A stretch of 49,155 nt of DNA from positions 1 to 49,155 of the IMG/VR virus record IMGVR_UViG_3300034053_000009; one strand, written 5' to 3'. Both the position numbers and the translations under genes were made by a program. This DNA comes from a virus (taxonomy: Duplodnaviria; Caudoviricetes). The notes under the pieces were generated by a model. That model saw only the letters and a program-made list of their open reading frames with translations, searched no databases and had not been told where the DNA came from. This document shows positions 1 to 7,836 of this stretch, in pieces; within the stretch, counting starts at the first letter, position 1, and every line of letters begins with the position of its first letter.

Positions 1-34
1 CTCAAGTACAAGATCGTTATCGAGGAGATGGAAG

Positions 35-208
35 ATGCCACAAACTAAATACAGCCACCTGACCAACAGGGAACTACTGCGCAACCACCGCTACGACATC
101 CAAGGCGACGAGCTGGTCGAGGAGTTGTGGAGTCGACTTGAGATGCAGATGGTAGCCGATGAGGAGCACAAGGTTCGGACGAAGTACACGGATGGGACGA
201 CATCGTGA
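35..208 (+). CDS. small hypothetical protein (57 aa)
   Basis: ATG at 35 after GAGGAG; its TGA overlaps the GTG of the next gene (GTGA). Confidence 0.55.
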   Translation: MPQTKYSHLTNRELLRNHRYDIQGDELVEELWSRLEMQMVADEEHKVRTKYTDGTTS

Positions 209-492
209 CCGACGAAGGCCGGGTCAAAGAGGGTGTGAAAAAGTTGCTCAAGCAGTACGGCGCGTACTATCACATGCCGGTTTTGTCGGGTTATGGTAAG
301 CCCTCGCTGGACTTCGTAGGCTGCCACAACAGCAGGTTCTTCGCCATTGAAACGAAAAAAGGAGACCTGCAGCCTACGGTACGGCAGGAGCGGACGATCC
401 GCGAAATCCAGCTGGCGAAGGGGCCGGCGTTCGTGGTCAATGAGGTCAGTGGTTGGGAAGAGCTGGAAGACTGGCTCAAGAAAGGGATGTGA
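205..492 (+). CDS. VRR-NUC domain nuclease (PD-(D/E)XK)
   Basis: E..VK, G.G.PSLDF and FFAIETK...Q motifs; directly upstream of an SNF2 helicase, a common phage pairing. Confidence 0.85.
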   Translation: MTDEGRVKEGVKKLLKQYGAYYHMPVLSGYGKPSLDFVGCHNSRFFAIETKKGDLQPTVRQERTIREIQLAKGPAFVVNEVSGWEELEDWLKKGM

Positions 493-2045
493 TGTTTTGC
501 GGAAAAGGTCAGCTAGTCTTTGAAGCCCCAGACCCGATCGCGGTTCGGTCGGTGCTGCCTCACGCCAAGATTCTGGAGTACAGGGGCAAGCCGCACATCG
601 TGGTGAAGCACGAGCTGGACGCCGTGACCATCTTGCGCAACATCGGTATCGAGGCCCCAAGTCCGGTCAATCATGGCTGGACGTATCCGGGAAGGCACAA
701 GCCGTTCGAGCACCAGAAGGCCACGGTGGAGTTTCTGACCGTGAACCGGCGCGGGTTCGTGCTGAGTGGTATGGGTAGTGGGAAAACGGCGGCTGCATTG
801 TGGGCTGCCGAGTACCTGATGGTGAGTGGTGTGTTGAAGAAAGTCCTGATCGTCTGCCCGAAGTCATGTACCCACAAGGTATGGGAGGACGAGATTTTCC
901 AGACCCTCATGCACCGCACAGCGGTCGTGGTGGAGGGTGGGCGAGAGCGCAAGCGTGAGCTGGCGGCCTCGGACTCGGACTTCATTGTGGTAAACCACGA
1001 CGGCATCCACACCATCTCGGACATCATCTCGAAAGACCCGGCGATCGGGCTGGTGATATGGGATGAGGCGAGCAACCTGCGCAACGGCACGACCCAGCGG
1101 TACAAGGCGTTCAAGAACATGCTCAAACCGAGCACACGTCTGTGGCTGCTGACGGCAACACCCTGCCCGAACGCCCCCACCGACGCTTGGGCGCTGGCCC
1201 GCCTCGTCCGCCCCGAGACAGTACCTCCCTACTTCACCAGCTTCAAGCGCCAGACCATGATTCAGGTGACGAACTTCAAGTGGGTGCCGAAGCCCGAGGC
1301 CACGCAGATGGCCTACGAGGCGCTGCAGCCGGCGATCAGGTTCAGAACCGAGGACTGCATCGACCTGCCGCCAGTGACGTACCAGAACCGTGCCTGTGAG
1401 CTGTCGGCAGAGCAGCGCCGGATGATGAAGGACATGGCCAAGCAGCTGGCGGCGGACAAGGACGGGGTGACCATCACGGCGGCTAACGCGGCAGTCAAGA
1501 TGGTTAAACTTTTGCAGCTGTCGGCTGGATTATGCTATTCAGATACTGGCGAAACGGTGTTGGTGGACTCCAAGGACAGGCTCGATACTCTGAAAGAGAT
1601 ATTGGAGGAGGCTGACCACAAGGTCATTGTGTGGGTGCCGTTCAAGCACGTCATGGAGCACCTGCGCGAAGAGTTGTCGAAGGATTGGGGGGTTGCCGTT
1701 ATCAATGGTGACGTGTCGGGCAGTGAGCGGGCGCGGATCATCACCGCGTTCCAAGACCCGGACTCCGACCCCAAAGTGCTGATCGCCCACCCGGCGACGG
1801 CAGCACATGGCCTGACCCTGACCACCGCGAACATCTGTGTTTGGTATGGGCCTACCTTTTCGGCAGAGCTGTACGAACAAAGTAACGCACGAGTGGCGCG
1901 TCCGGGGCAGAAACACCACATGACTATCATCCATATAGGCTCTAGTGCGTTAGAGTGGGATGCGTATGGGGTTGCCAACAATAAGGTCGATCGACAGAAA
2001 AAAATTCTGAACCTGTACCGCCGCGTGCTTGACAACCCCCTATAG
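492..2045 (+). CDS. SNF2-family SF2 helicase
   Basis: GMGSGKT (Walker A), DEAS, LTATP, HGLTLT and QSNARVARPGQ; probable ATG at 492 in a TGATG overlap. Confidence 0.92.
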   Translation: MFCGKGQLVFEAPDPIAVRSVLPHAKILEYRGKPHIVVKHELDAVTILRNIGIEAPSPVNHGWTYPGRHKPFEHQKATVEFLTVNRRGFVLSGMGSGKTAAALWAAEYLMVSGVLKKVLIVCPKSCTHKVWEDEIFQTLMHRTAVVVEGGRERKRELAASDSDFIVVNHDGIHTISDIISKDPAIGLVIWDEASNLRNGTTQRYKAFKNMLKPSTRLWLLTATPCPNAPTDAWALARLVRPETVPPYFTSFKRQTMIQVTNFKWVPKPEATQMAYEALQPAIRFRTEDCIDLPPVTYQNRACELSAEQRRMMKDMAKQLAADKDGVTITAANAAVKMVKLLQLSAGLCYSDTGETVLVDSKDRLDTLKEILEEADHKVIVWVPFKHVMEHLREELSKDWGVAVINGDVSGSERARIITAFQDPDSDPKVLIAHPATAAHGLTLTTANICVWYGPTFSAELYEQSNARVARPGQKHHMTIIHIGSSALEWDAYGVANNKVDRQKKILNLYRRVLDNPL

Positions 2046-2057
2046 GGGGCATATAAT
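2029..2057 (+). promoter_or_regulatory. consensus sigma70 promoter with palindromic spacer
   Basis: TTGACA-17 nt-TATAAT; the spacer contains CCCCCTATAGGGGG. Confidence 0.85.
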
Positions 2058-2099
2058 TCGTTCATACCCTGCAGCTAGGGGGTTTTCTAGGAGAGTGAG

Positions 2100-2513
2100 A
2101 TGACGCTAACGGTCGACACCGTAGTTGAGAAGTACATCGCAATGCGGGACAAGCGCACGGCGTTGAAGAAGGCTTACGAGGCCGAGGACAACAAGTACGT
2201 CGAGGCCATGAACAAGGTCGAGTCGTGGCTGCTGATGAAGGCGAACGAGCTTGGGGTGGACAACTTCAAGACCAGCGCCGGCACTGCCATCCGTGGCAGG
2301 GACATGAAGGTGGCAGGGAAGGATTGGAAAGCGTTTCACCAGTTCGTGCTGGCCAACAACCAGCTGGATATGTTCGAGCGCAGGGTATCGCGCAATGTTT
2401 TGAAGTCGTGGATGGAGGAGAACGGTGGGGATGTTCCCCCCGGATTAGACGTTATTTTCGAGCAGGTAATCACGGTGCGCCGCGCACCCAACAAAGGAGA
2501 ATCAAATGAGTAA
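2100..2513 (+). CDS. conserved phage replication-module protein, coiled-coil N-terminus
   Basis: AGGAG RBS; phage-like codon usage; function not recognised. Confidence 0.75.
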   Translation: MTLTVDTVVEKYIAMRDKRTALKKAYEAEDNKYVEAMNKVESWLLMKANELGVDNFKTSAGTAIRGRDMKVAGKDWKAFHQFVLANNQLDMFERRVSRNVLKSWMEENGGDVPPGLDVIFEQVITVRRAPNKGESNE

Positions 2514-3456
2514 TCTAGTAGCTCTCTTCGGTGGCAACACCGCCATGTCCGTCCCGTCCTATCTGGCCGCCGTCGAAGGTTCGGCCACCTCCCAGCTCAT
2601 GGGAGGTCTTGGTGGTGAGGGGCGTAACCGTATCGGCCTCAAGGGTGCGCGTTTCCGTCTGGTTCAGGGTGGTCAGGAGATCGCTGTCAAGGACGAGTCC
2701 TACCTCGACGTGGTGATCCTCGGTGCCAACGCGGCAGTCAGCCGCACGTTCTACGCTGGCAAGTACGACCCGGCCAAGAAGGCTCCGCCGGATTGTTTCT
2801 CACCGGATGGTGTGGCCTCGGGCAAGGGCGCTACCTCGCCGCAGTCGGCCAAGTGTGCCACCTGCAAGCAGAACGAGAAGGGCTCCAAGATTTACGAAGA
2901 CGGCACCAAGGGGCGCGCCTGTTCGTTCAGCAAGCGGCTGGCTGTCATGTTGGTGGGAGATGCTGACCAGAACGTCTATCAGCTGGATGCGAAGGCGCTG
3001 TCGGTCTTTGGTGAGGGTATCCCGGCGAAGGGGCTGTACACGCTGGCCGAGTACAGCAAGCTGTTGGGTGCGCGTGGTGTGCGCGCCGAAGGCGTCGTTA
3101 CCCGCATCTCGTTCGATACCAACGCATCGGTGCCGAAGCTGTTCTTCACGCCGCAGTCGTTCGTGGGTGAGGCCGAGTTCGCAGGTATTGCCAAGCTGGC
3201 CAAGTCGAAGGAAGTCAAAGACATGCTGGAAGTCTCGGCGGAGTCGGTCGACCTGTCCGGCGAAGTGGATGGTGAAGCTGCATTCTTGGCCCAACCTCCG
3301 GCCCACGTTGCTGCGATCCCGGCACCGAAGGCTACGCCGGCCCCTGTCGTTGAACCCGCACCCGCTCCTGCCCCCGCACCGAAGCCGGCTGCCGCCCCTG
3401 TGGCTGCCCAAGCGATGGACGAAGACTTGGCCGGTCTGCTTGACGATCTGACCTAG
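2506..3456 (+). CDS. putative ssDNA-binding/annealing protein
   Basis: AAGGAG RBS; Cys cluster (CATCKQN...RAC), Pro/Ala linker and acidic C-terminal tail; located in the replication module. Confidence 0.55.
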   Translation: MSNLVALFGGNTAMSVPSYLAAVEGSATSQLMGGLGGEGRNRIGLKGARFRLVQGGQEIAVKDESYLDVVILGANAAVSRTFYAGKYDPAKKAPPDCFSPDGVASGKGATSPQSAKCATCKQNEKGSKIYEDGTKGRACSFSKRLAVMLVGDADQNVYQLDAKALSVFGEGIPAKGLYTLAEYSKLLGARGVRAEGVVTRISFDTNASVPKLFFTPQSFVGEAEFAGIAKLAKSKEVKDMLEVSAESVDLSGEVDGEAAFLAQPPAHVAAIPAPKATPAPVVEPAPAPAPAPKPAAAPVAAQAMDEDLAGLLDDLT

Positions 3457-3458
3457 CC

Positions 3459-3668
3459 ATGAGGTGTCCTGCCTGCGGGGCCACGTCCAACGAGCTTCGG
3501 GTGACAAACACCAGTCATACCGACGATCAGGTACGTCGCCGCCGCGAGTGCGGGCTGTGCTCACAACGATTCTCCACGGTGGAGGTCGTTGTGAAGGATG
3601 GTCAACGCACTTCAAGCAAAGACCTAGCGGTATTACCGGCGGGTTTGAGAGAGGCCTTGACAAGCTGA
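3459..3668 (+). CDS. NrdR-like Zn-ribbon protein without ATP-cone
   Basis: MRCPACG...RRRECGLCSQRFSTVE resembles the NrdR N-terminal Zn ribbon. Confidence 0.75.
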   Translation: MRCPACGATSNELRVTNTSHTDDQVRRRRECGLCSQRFSTVEVVVKDGQRTSSKDLAVLPAGLREALTS

Positions 3669-3685
3669 TTTCTGCCGCCTAAACT
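3657..3685 (+). promoter_or_regulatory. sigma70 promoter for the primase leader
   Basis: TTGACA-17 nt-TAAACT. Confidence 0.7.
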
Positions 3686-3717
3686 GGGGATTAGCTGTTG
3701 GGGAACAGCGAATCTAC

Positions 3718-3837
3718 GAGGAGAGCCCTAAGACGTGCCACCCACCCTGCTGAGTACCCCCTACTCACACTTCCCCCTTAGAAAACAAGGACACCTCTCC
3801 CTTGTTTTGGTGGGTGGCACCTCTTAGAGTTCTCCTC
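3718..3837 (+). ncRNA. structured leader RNA (three-way junction, C4/CI-like)
   Basis: Outer stem 3718-3746/3809-3837; inner hairpins 3751-3767 and 3782-3808. Confidence 0.65.
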
Positions 3838-3869
3838 TCCCAATAACTATTCGTTGTGAGAGGTAGTCC

Positions 3870-6704
3870 ATGCAAGAATTCATATCGCGTATTGTTTCGT
3901 CATCTGGCTTCATCTGTATAGCCACACCGGGACTAACGTTTAAGGGCTTCGAGCACTACAAGCTCGACACCGTCGACAAGGCGGTCTGGATAGCCAACAA
4001 GATCATGGGGGAAGGCCGCGACGTGTATTTCGCCTGCGGCACACTGAGAGAAAAGTCCATCGAGGTGGCCGGCAAGAAGCGCAGCCGCTGCGCCGAGAAC
4101 ATCCTCGAAATGAAGTCCCTGTTCCTCGACCTCGACGTAGGCGAGAACAAGCCCTACAAGACCCAAGCGGAAGCCATCACCCACCTGATGAAGTTCGTCA
4201 AGGACATCGGCATGCCACGTCCGATGGTGGTGTCCTCTGGTTATGGTGTCCACGTCTATTGGCCATTCACCCAAGCGATCCCGGCGGACAAGTGGCGTGT
4301 ACTGGCCGCTCACTTCAAGGCAGTGACCCAAGCCTACGGGCTGCACGCTGACCCTATGCGCACCGCCGACGTGTCCAGCGTCCTGCGGCTGCCGGGAACC
4401 CTGAACTTCAAGAACCCCGCCGCACCCCGCGAAGTCAAGGTCATCGTTGGCAAGACGCCGCCACAAGACACCTCGCCCAAGACGCTCGTCCAGATCATCG
4501 CCGCCGCCAGCAAGAACCTCAACACCACTGCCACGGTCGCCCCTACCCGGGCGGCGGCAGCCCCGGATACTGGTCTGGGCAGTTTCGAGGTCGCTCAAGA
4601 GCCGGCATCGTTCAAAGACATCGTCAAGAAGTGCCAGCAGGTACGCGCTGCCTACATCAACCAAGAAACCGTGTCTGAGCCGGTATGGTTCGCCACTCTG
4701 CAGTTGGTGAGGCACTGCCAAGACCCTGAAAAGAACGCCCACGCAACGTCGAAGCGTTACCCCAAATACAATCCGGCAGAGGTCGATACCAAGCTGGCCA
4801 GTCTGACCGAAAAGAACGTCGGCCCAACCCTGTGTTCCACGTTCGACTCCCGTAATCCCAGCGGCTGTGACGGCTGCGAACACCGAGGCAAGATCAACAC
4901 CCCCTTGGTTCTCGGCAGGTCGCTCAAGGAGGCCACGGACAACCCGACGATGGTCATCGACCACGGCAACGGCGAGTCATCCACTGTGGAGCTGCCCAAG
5001 CCGCCCTATCCGTACATGCGCACCACGTCAGGGGCGATCGCCATTCGGTGCAAGGACGAAAAGGGTAAGGAAATAGACCCGGAAGTGATCTATGATTACG
5101 ACATCCACCCGACCAAGCGCATGTACGACGAGGTGGAGCAAACGGAGGTGTTCTTCTTCAGGTCATGGTTGCCACAAGACGGCTGGCGCGAGTACCCGGT
5201 GCCGGCCCACCTGATCTACGACGAACGCAAACTGATGGAAGTCATGGCCAGACAGGGGGTACTCCCTGACATGGCCCAGAAATCGAGGTTAATCGGCTAT
5301 ATGCTCGGATACATCCAATCCCTTCAGCGGCAGCAGCCCGCCGACCAGATTTACAGCCAGATGGGCTGGCGCAAGAATGACACCGAGGTGGTGATCGGCA
5401 ACACCAGCTTCTCCCCCAAGGGCCAGCGCAAGATCAAGGTGGCCGAACAGTTCGCCCGGGTGCTGCCCAAGTTCGAGGCCTCCGGCACGCTGGACAAGTG
5501 GAAGGAAGTCGTCGACATCTACAACCACAAGGGGTTCGAGGAGTATGCGTTCGCCCTCATGATGGGCTTCGGCCAGCTGCTGTTCAAGTTCAGCGGCTAC
5601 AGTGGCTCCCTGTACAACCTCTATGGTGATGCCGGCGCGGGCAAGTCCACCGTTCTGCGACTGATCCACAGCATTTACGGCACCCCCACCGAGACATCTC
5701 TGCTACATCACGACACGACCAACGCCAAGATCGCCATGATCGGGTGTTACAACAACTTACCGATCACTTACGACGAGGTCACCAACATCGACCCGCACGA
5801 GCTGTCAGACCTGTGCTTCGCCGTGTCGAATGGCCGGGGCAAGGAGGCGCTGAAGCAGGATCGCACCCTGCGGGAGAACACCGCCACGTGGCAGACCACG
5901 ATGTACATGACCTCGAACTCCCCGTTGATGCCGAAACTCATCAACCTCAAGGGGACAACGTCGGGGGAGACCTACCGCCTGATGGAGCGTCGGGTGCATA
6001 AGCCGGCCAAGTTCAACCTCGAGTCCGCACGTGAGGCGCTGGAACCCCTGAACACCAACTACGGCCACGCAGGGCGGGTTATTGCCGAGTGGCTGGCCAA
6101 CAACGTCGACGCCGCCAAAGACCTGATGGCCAAGGCGTACAAGGAAGTCAGCCAGCTGGCTGAAGCCCAGAGTCAGGAGCGGTTCTGGGTCGGCATGTGC
6201 GCACAGGCAGTCGTCGGTGCCCGTCTTGGCCAGATGCTGGGCCTGCACAACTACAACGTCGAGCAAATCCTCCAGCACGCCGTCACCGCCATCCGCGAAG
6301 CCCGTGGCGTCATGGTCTCTGAAGTGAAAACACCCGTCGATGTCCTCGTGGAGTACTTCAACACCAACCTCAGTGTCACGCTGGCCAGCAAGACCAACCG
6401 CGCCGGCATGGAAGAGGCCATCCGCAAGCCCGTCCACTCACTGATGATCCGCCATGAGCAGGACTCCGGCAGGATTTACGTCACCAAGTCTCATTTCAAG
6501 GACTGGTGTGTCGAGCGGCACTACGACGCCAACTCGATCATGGAGCACATGGAAGCCTCGGGCGTGATGCTCAACCCCCACGTCTCGAAGTCTCTTGGCG
6601 ATGGCACCGAGTTCTCAACAGGACGGGTCTCGTGCATGTTGCTCGACGCCCATCACACATCGGTCTCCGGCGCTGCGGCGCTGCGGGCAGTGGAGGCAGC
6701 TTGA
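3870..6704 (+). CDS. AEP (RepB-like) primase fused to DUF927 helicase
   Basis: FLDLD, SSGYGVHVYW and LRLPGTLNFK primase motifs; Cys cluster LC...GCDGC; GDAGAGKST Walker A and YDE Walker B. Confidence 0.88.
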   Translation: MQEFISRIVSSSGFICIATPGLTFKGFEHYKLDTVDKAVWIANKIMGEGRDVYFACGTLREKSIEVAGKKRSRCAENILEMKSLFLDLDVGENKPYKTQAEAITHLMKFVKDIGMPRPMVVSSGYGVHVYWPFTQAIPADKWRVLAAHFKAVTQAYGLHADPMRTADVSSVLRLPGTLNFKNPAAPREVKVIVGKTPPQDTSPKTLVQIIAAASKNLNTTATVAPTRAAAAPDTGLGSFEVAQEPASFKDIVKKCQQVRAAYINQETVSEPVWFATLQLVRHCQDPEKNAHATSKRYPKYNPAEVDTKLASLTEKNVGPTLCSTFDSRNPSGCDGCEHRGKINTPLVLGRSLKEATDNPTMVIDHGNGESSTVELPKPPYPYMRTTSGAIAIRCKDEKGKEIDPEVIYDYDIHPTKRMYDEVEQTEVFFFRSWLPQDGWREYPVPAHLIYDERKLMEVMARQGVLPDMAQKSRLIGYMLGYIQSLQRQQPADQIYSQMGWRKNDTEVVIGNTSFSPKGQRKIKVAEQFARVLPKFEASGTLDKWKEVVDIYNHKGFEEYAFALMMGFGQLLFKFSGYSGSLYNLYGDAGAGKSTVLRLIHSIYGTPTETSLLHHDTTNAKIAMIGCYNNLPITYDEVTNIDPHELSDLCFAVSNGRGKEALKQDRTLRENTATWQTTMYMTSNSPLMPKLINLKGTTSGETYRLMERRVHKPAKFNLESAREALEPLNTNYGHAGRVIAEWLANNVDAAKDLMAKAYKEVSQLAEAQSQERFWVGMCAQAVVGARLGQMLGLHNYNVEQILQHAVTAIREARGVMVSEVKTPVDVLVEYFNTNLSVTLASKTNRAGMEEAIRKPVHSLMIRHEQDSGRIYVTKSHFKDWCVERHYDANSIMEHMEASGVMLNPHVSKSLGDGTEFSTGRVSCMLLDAHHTSVSGAAALRAVEAA

Positions 6705-6729
6705 CAGTCTGAATTTGTACGTGTAATCT
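6701..6729 (+). promoter_or_regulatory. sigma70 promoter of the RNA-antirepressor unit
   Basis: TTGACA-17 nt-TAATCT. Confidence 0.65.
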
Positions 6730-6762
6730 GCACTTCACTCCTTGGCGGGAGATTATTGAAGT

Positions 6763-6836
6763 AAGCCCTGTTCTACATTCTGCTCGCACTTCACGAGTCC
6801 GCCAACACCGCAAGGTGAGAATGTAGAACAGGGCTT
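6763..6836 (+). ncRNA. C4-like antisense RNA upstream of antirepressor
   Basis: Perfect 19-bp stem 6763-6781/6818-6836 enclosing two hairpins (loop CACTTCA; GCAA tetraloop) and linker CCGCCAA; complementary sites lie just upstream. Confidence 0.75.
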
Positions 6837-6853
6837 TTTATTGGAGATTCAAA

Positions 6854-7507
6854 ATGCAAATCGTAAAGATCGACACCGCTGTCATCGGTAGCAATACCGT
6901 CAAAACCGTTAACGCCCGTGAGCTTCACCAGTGGCTGGAGGTTGGTAAAGACTTCTCTGAGTGGGTCAAGGGTCGCATTGAGCAATACAGCTTTGTCGAA
7001 AACCAAGACTTTATGGTGGTAAAGTCCGCTCCCCAGAACGGGGGAGCGGGAAATCGCGGGGCCAAAATCGACTACCACATCAGTCTGGACATGGCCAAGG
7101 AGCTGTCGATGGTGGAGCGCAACGAGAAAGGTAAGCAGGCTCGCCAATACTTCATCGAGTGCGAGCGCAAGGCCAACGCTGTCATGACTCCGGCGCAGAT
7201 GCTGCTGGCTCAAGCCCAACAGATGGTCGATATGGAAGCCCGCCTTGGTGCCACCGAAGAGAAACTGAAGCAGATCGAAGTCAACCTACCCCGCGAGCAG
7301 GACTACTTCACCATCATCGGGTGGAGCAGGTACATCGGCAGCACCGTCAGCAACAGCGAGGCGCTTACTCTTGGCCGCAAATGCGCGGCGTTGAGTCGTA
7401 AACGCGGCGTACCTATTGGTGACACGACAGACCCCCGATTCGGCACGGTGCATACGTACCACGCAGGTGTTTGCGACGAGGTTTTCACTGCCCACTACGG
7501 AGCCTGA
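6854..7507 (+). CDS. antA: AntA/AntB-family antirepressor
   Basis: VNARELHQWLEVGKDFSEW...YHISLDMAKELSMVERNEKGKQARQYFIECE signature. Confidence 0.9.
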   Translation: MQIVKIDTAVIGSNTVKTVNARELHQWLEVGKDFSEWVKGRIEQYSFVENQDFMVVKSAPQNGGAGNRGAKIDYHISLDMAKELSMVERNEKGKQARQYFIECERKANAVMTPAQMLLAQAQQMVDMEARLGATEEKLKQIEVNLPREQDYFTIIGWSRYIGSTVSNSEALTLGRKCAALSRKRGVPIGDTTDPRFGTVHTYHAGVCDEVFTAHYGA

Positions 7508-7509
7508 CC

Positions 7510-7773
7510 ATGAACATCCTCGACGAAGCCAACGAAATCATCTACGGCGACCGGGAGCAGACCTATGGCGAGCCGGGAAAGAACCTTGAACGCATCTCAA
7601 GGCTGTGGTCAATGTACATTAGCACGAAGTACGACGCCGACTTTCAATTTTCAGCCGAGGATGTCTGCTGGATGATGACCCTACTCAAGATGGCCCGTCA
7701 GATGAACGCCACCAAACGGGACAATCTGGTGGATGCTGCAGGGTATATTGCGCTGATTGAGCGCATCCCCTAA
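7510..7773 (+). CDS. DUF6378 / dATP-dGTP diphosphohydrolase-like protein
   Basis: GDREQTYG.P..N..RI..LW...DV..MM.LLKMAR...DN.VD.AGY. Confidence 0.8.
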   Translation: MNILDEANEIIYGDREQTYGEPGKNLERISRLWSMYISTKYDADFQFSAEDVCWMMTLLKMARQMNATKRDNLVDAAGYIALIERIP

Positions 7774-7810
7774 AAAATACCCCGGAGAGCTAGGCTCGAT
7801 CCGGGGCTAA
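7772..7810 (-). terminator. intrinsic terminator at the end of the virion operon
   Basis: CCCCGGA...TCCGGGG stem followed by a T-run on the minus strand, between convergent genes. Confidence 0.65.
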
Positions 7811-7836
7811 GGGGAGTGGAGAGGGGGTATTGTAGC

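Noticed and set aside
3718-3837. tRNA gene (also considered for 6763-6836)
   Set aside because: Only two inner arms, an over-long outer stem, no TTC T-loop or CCA end
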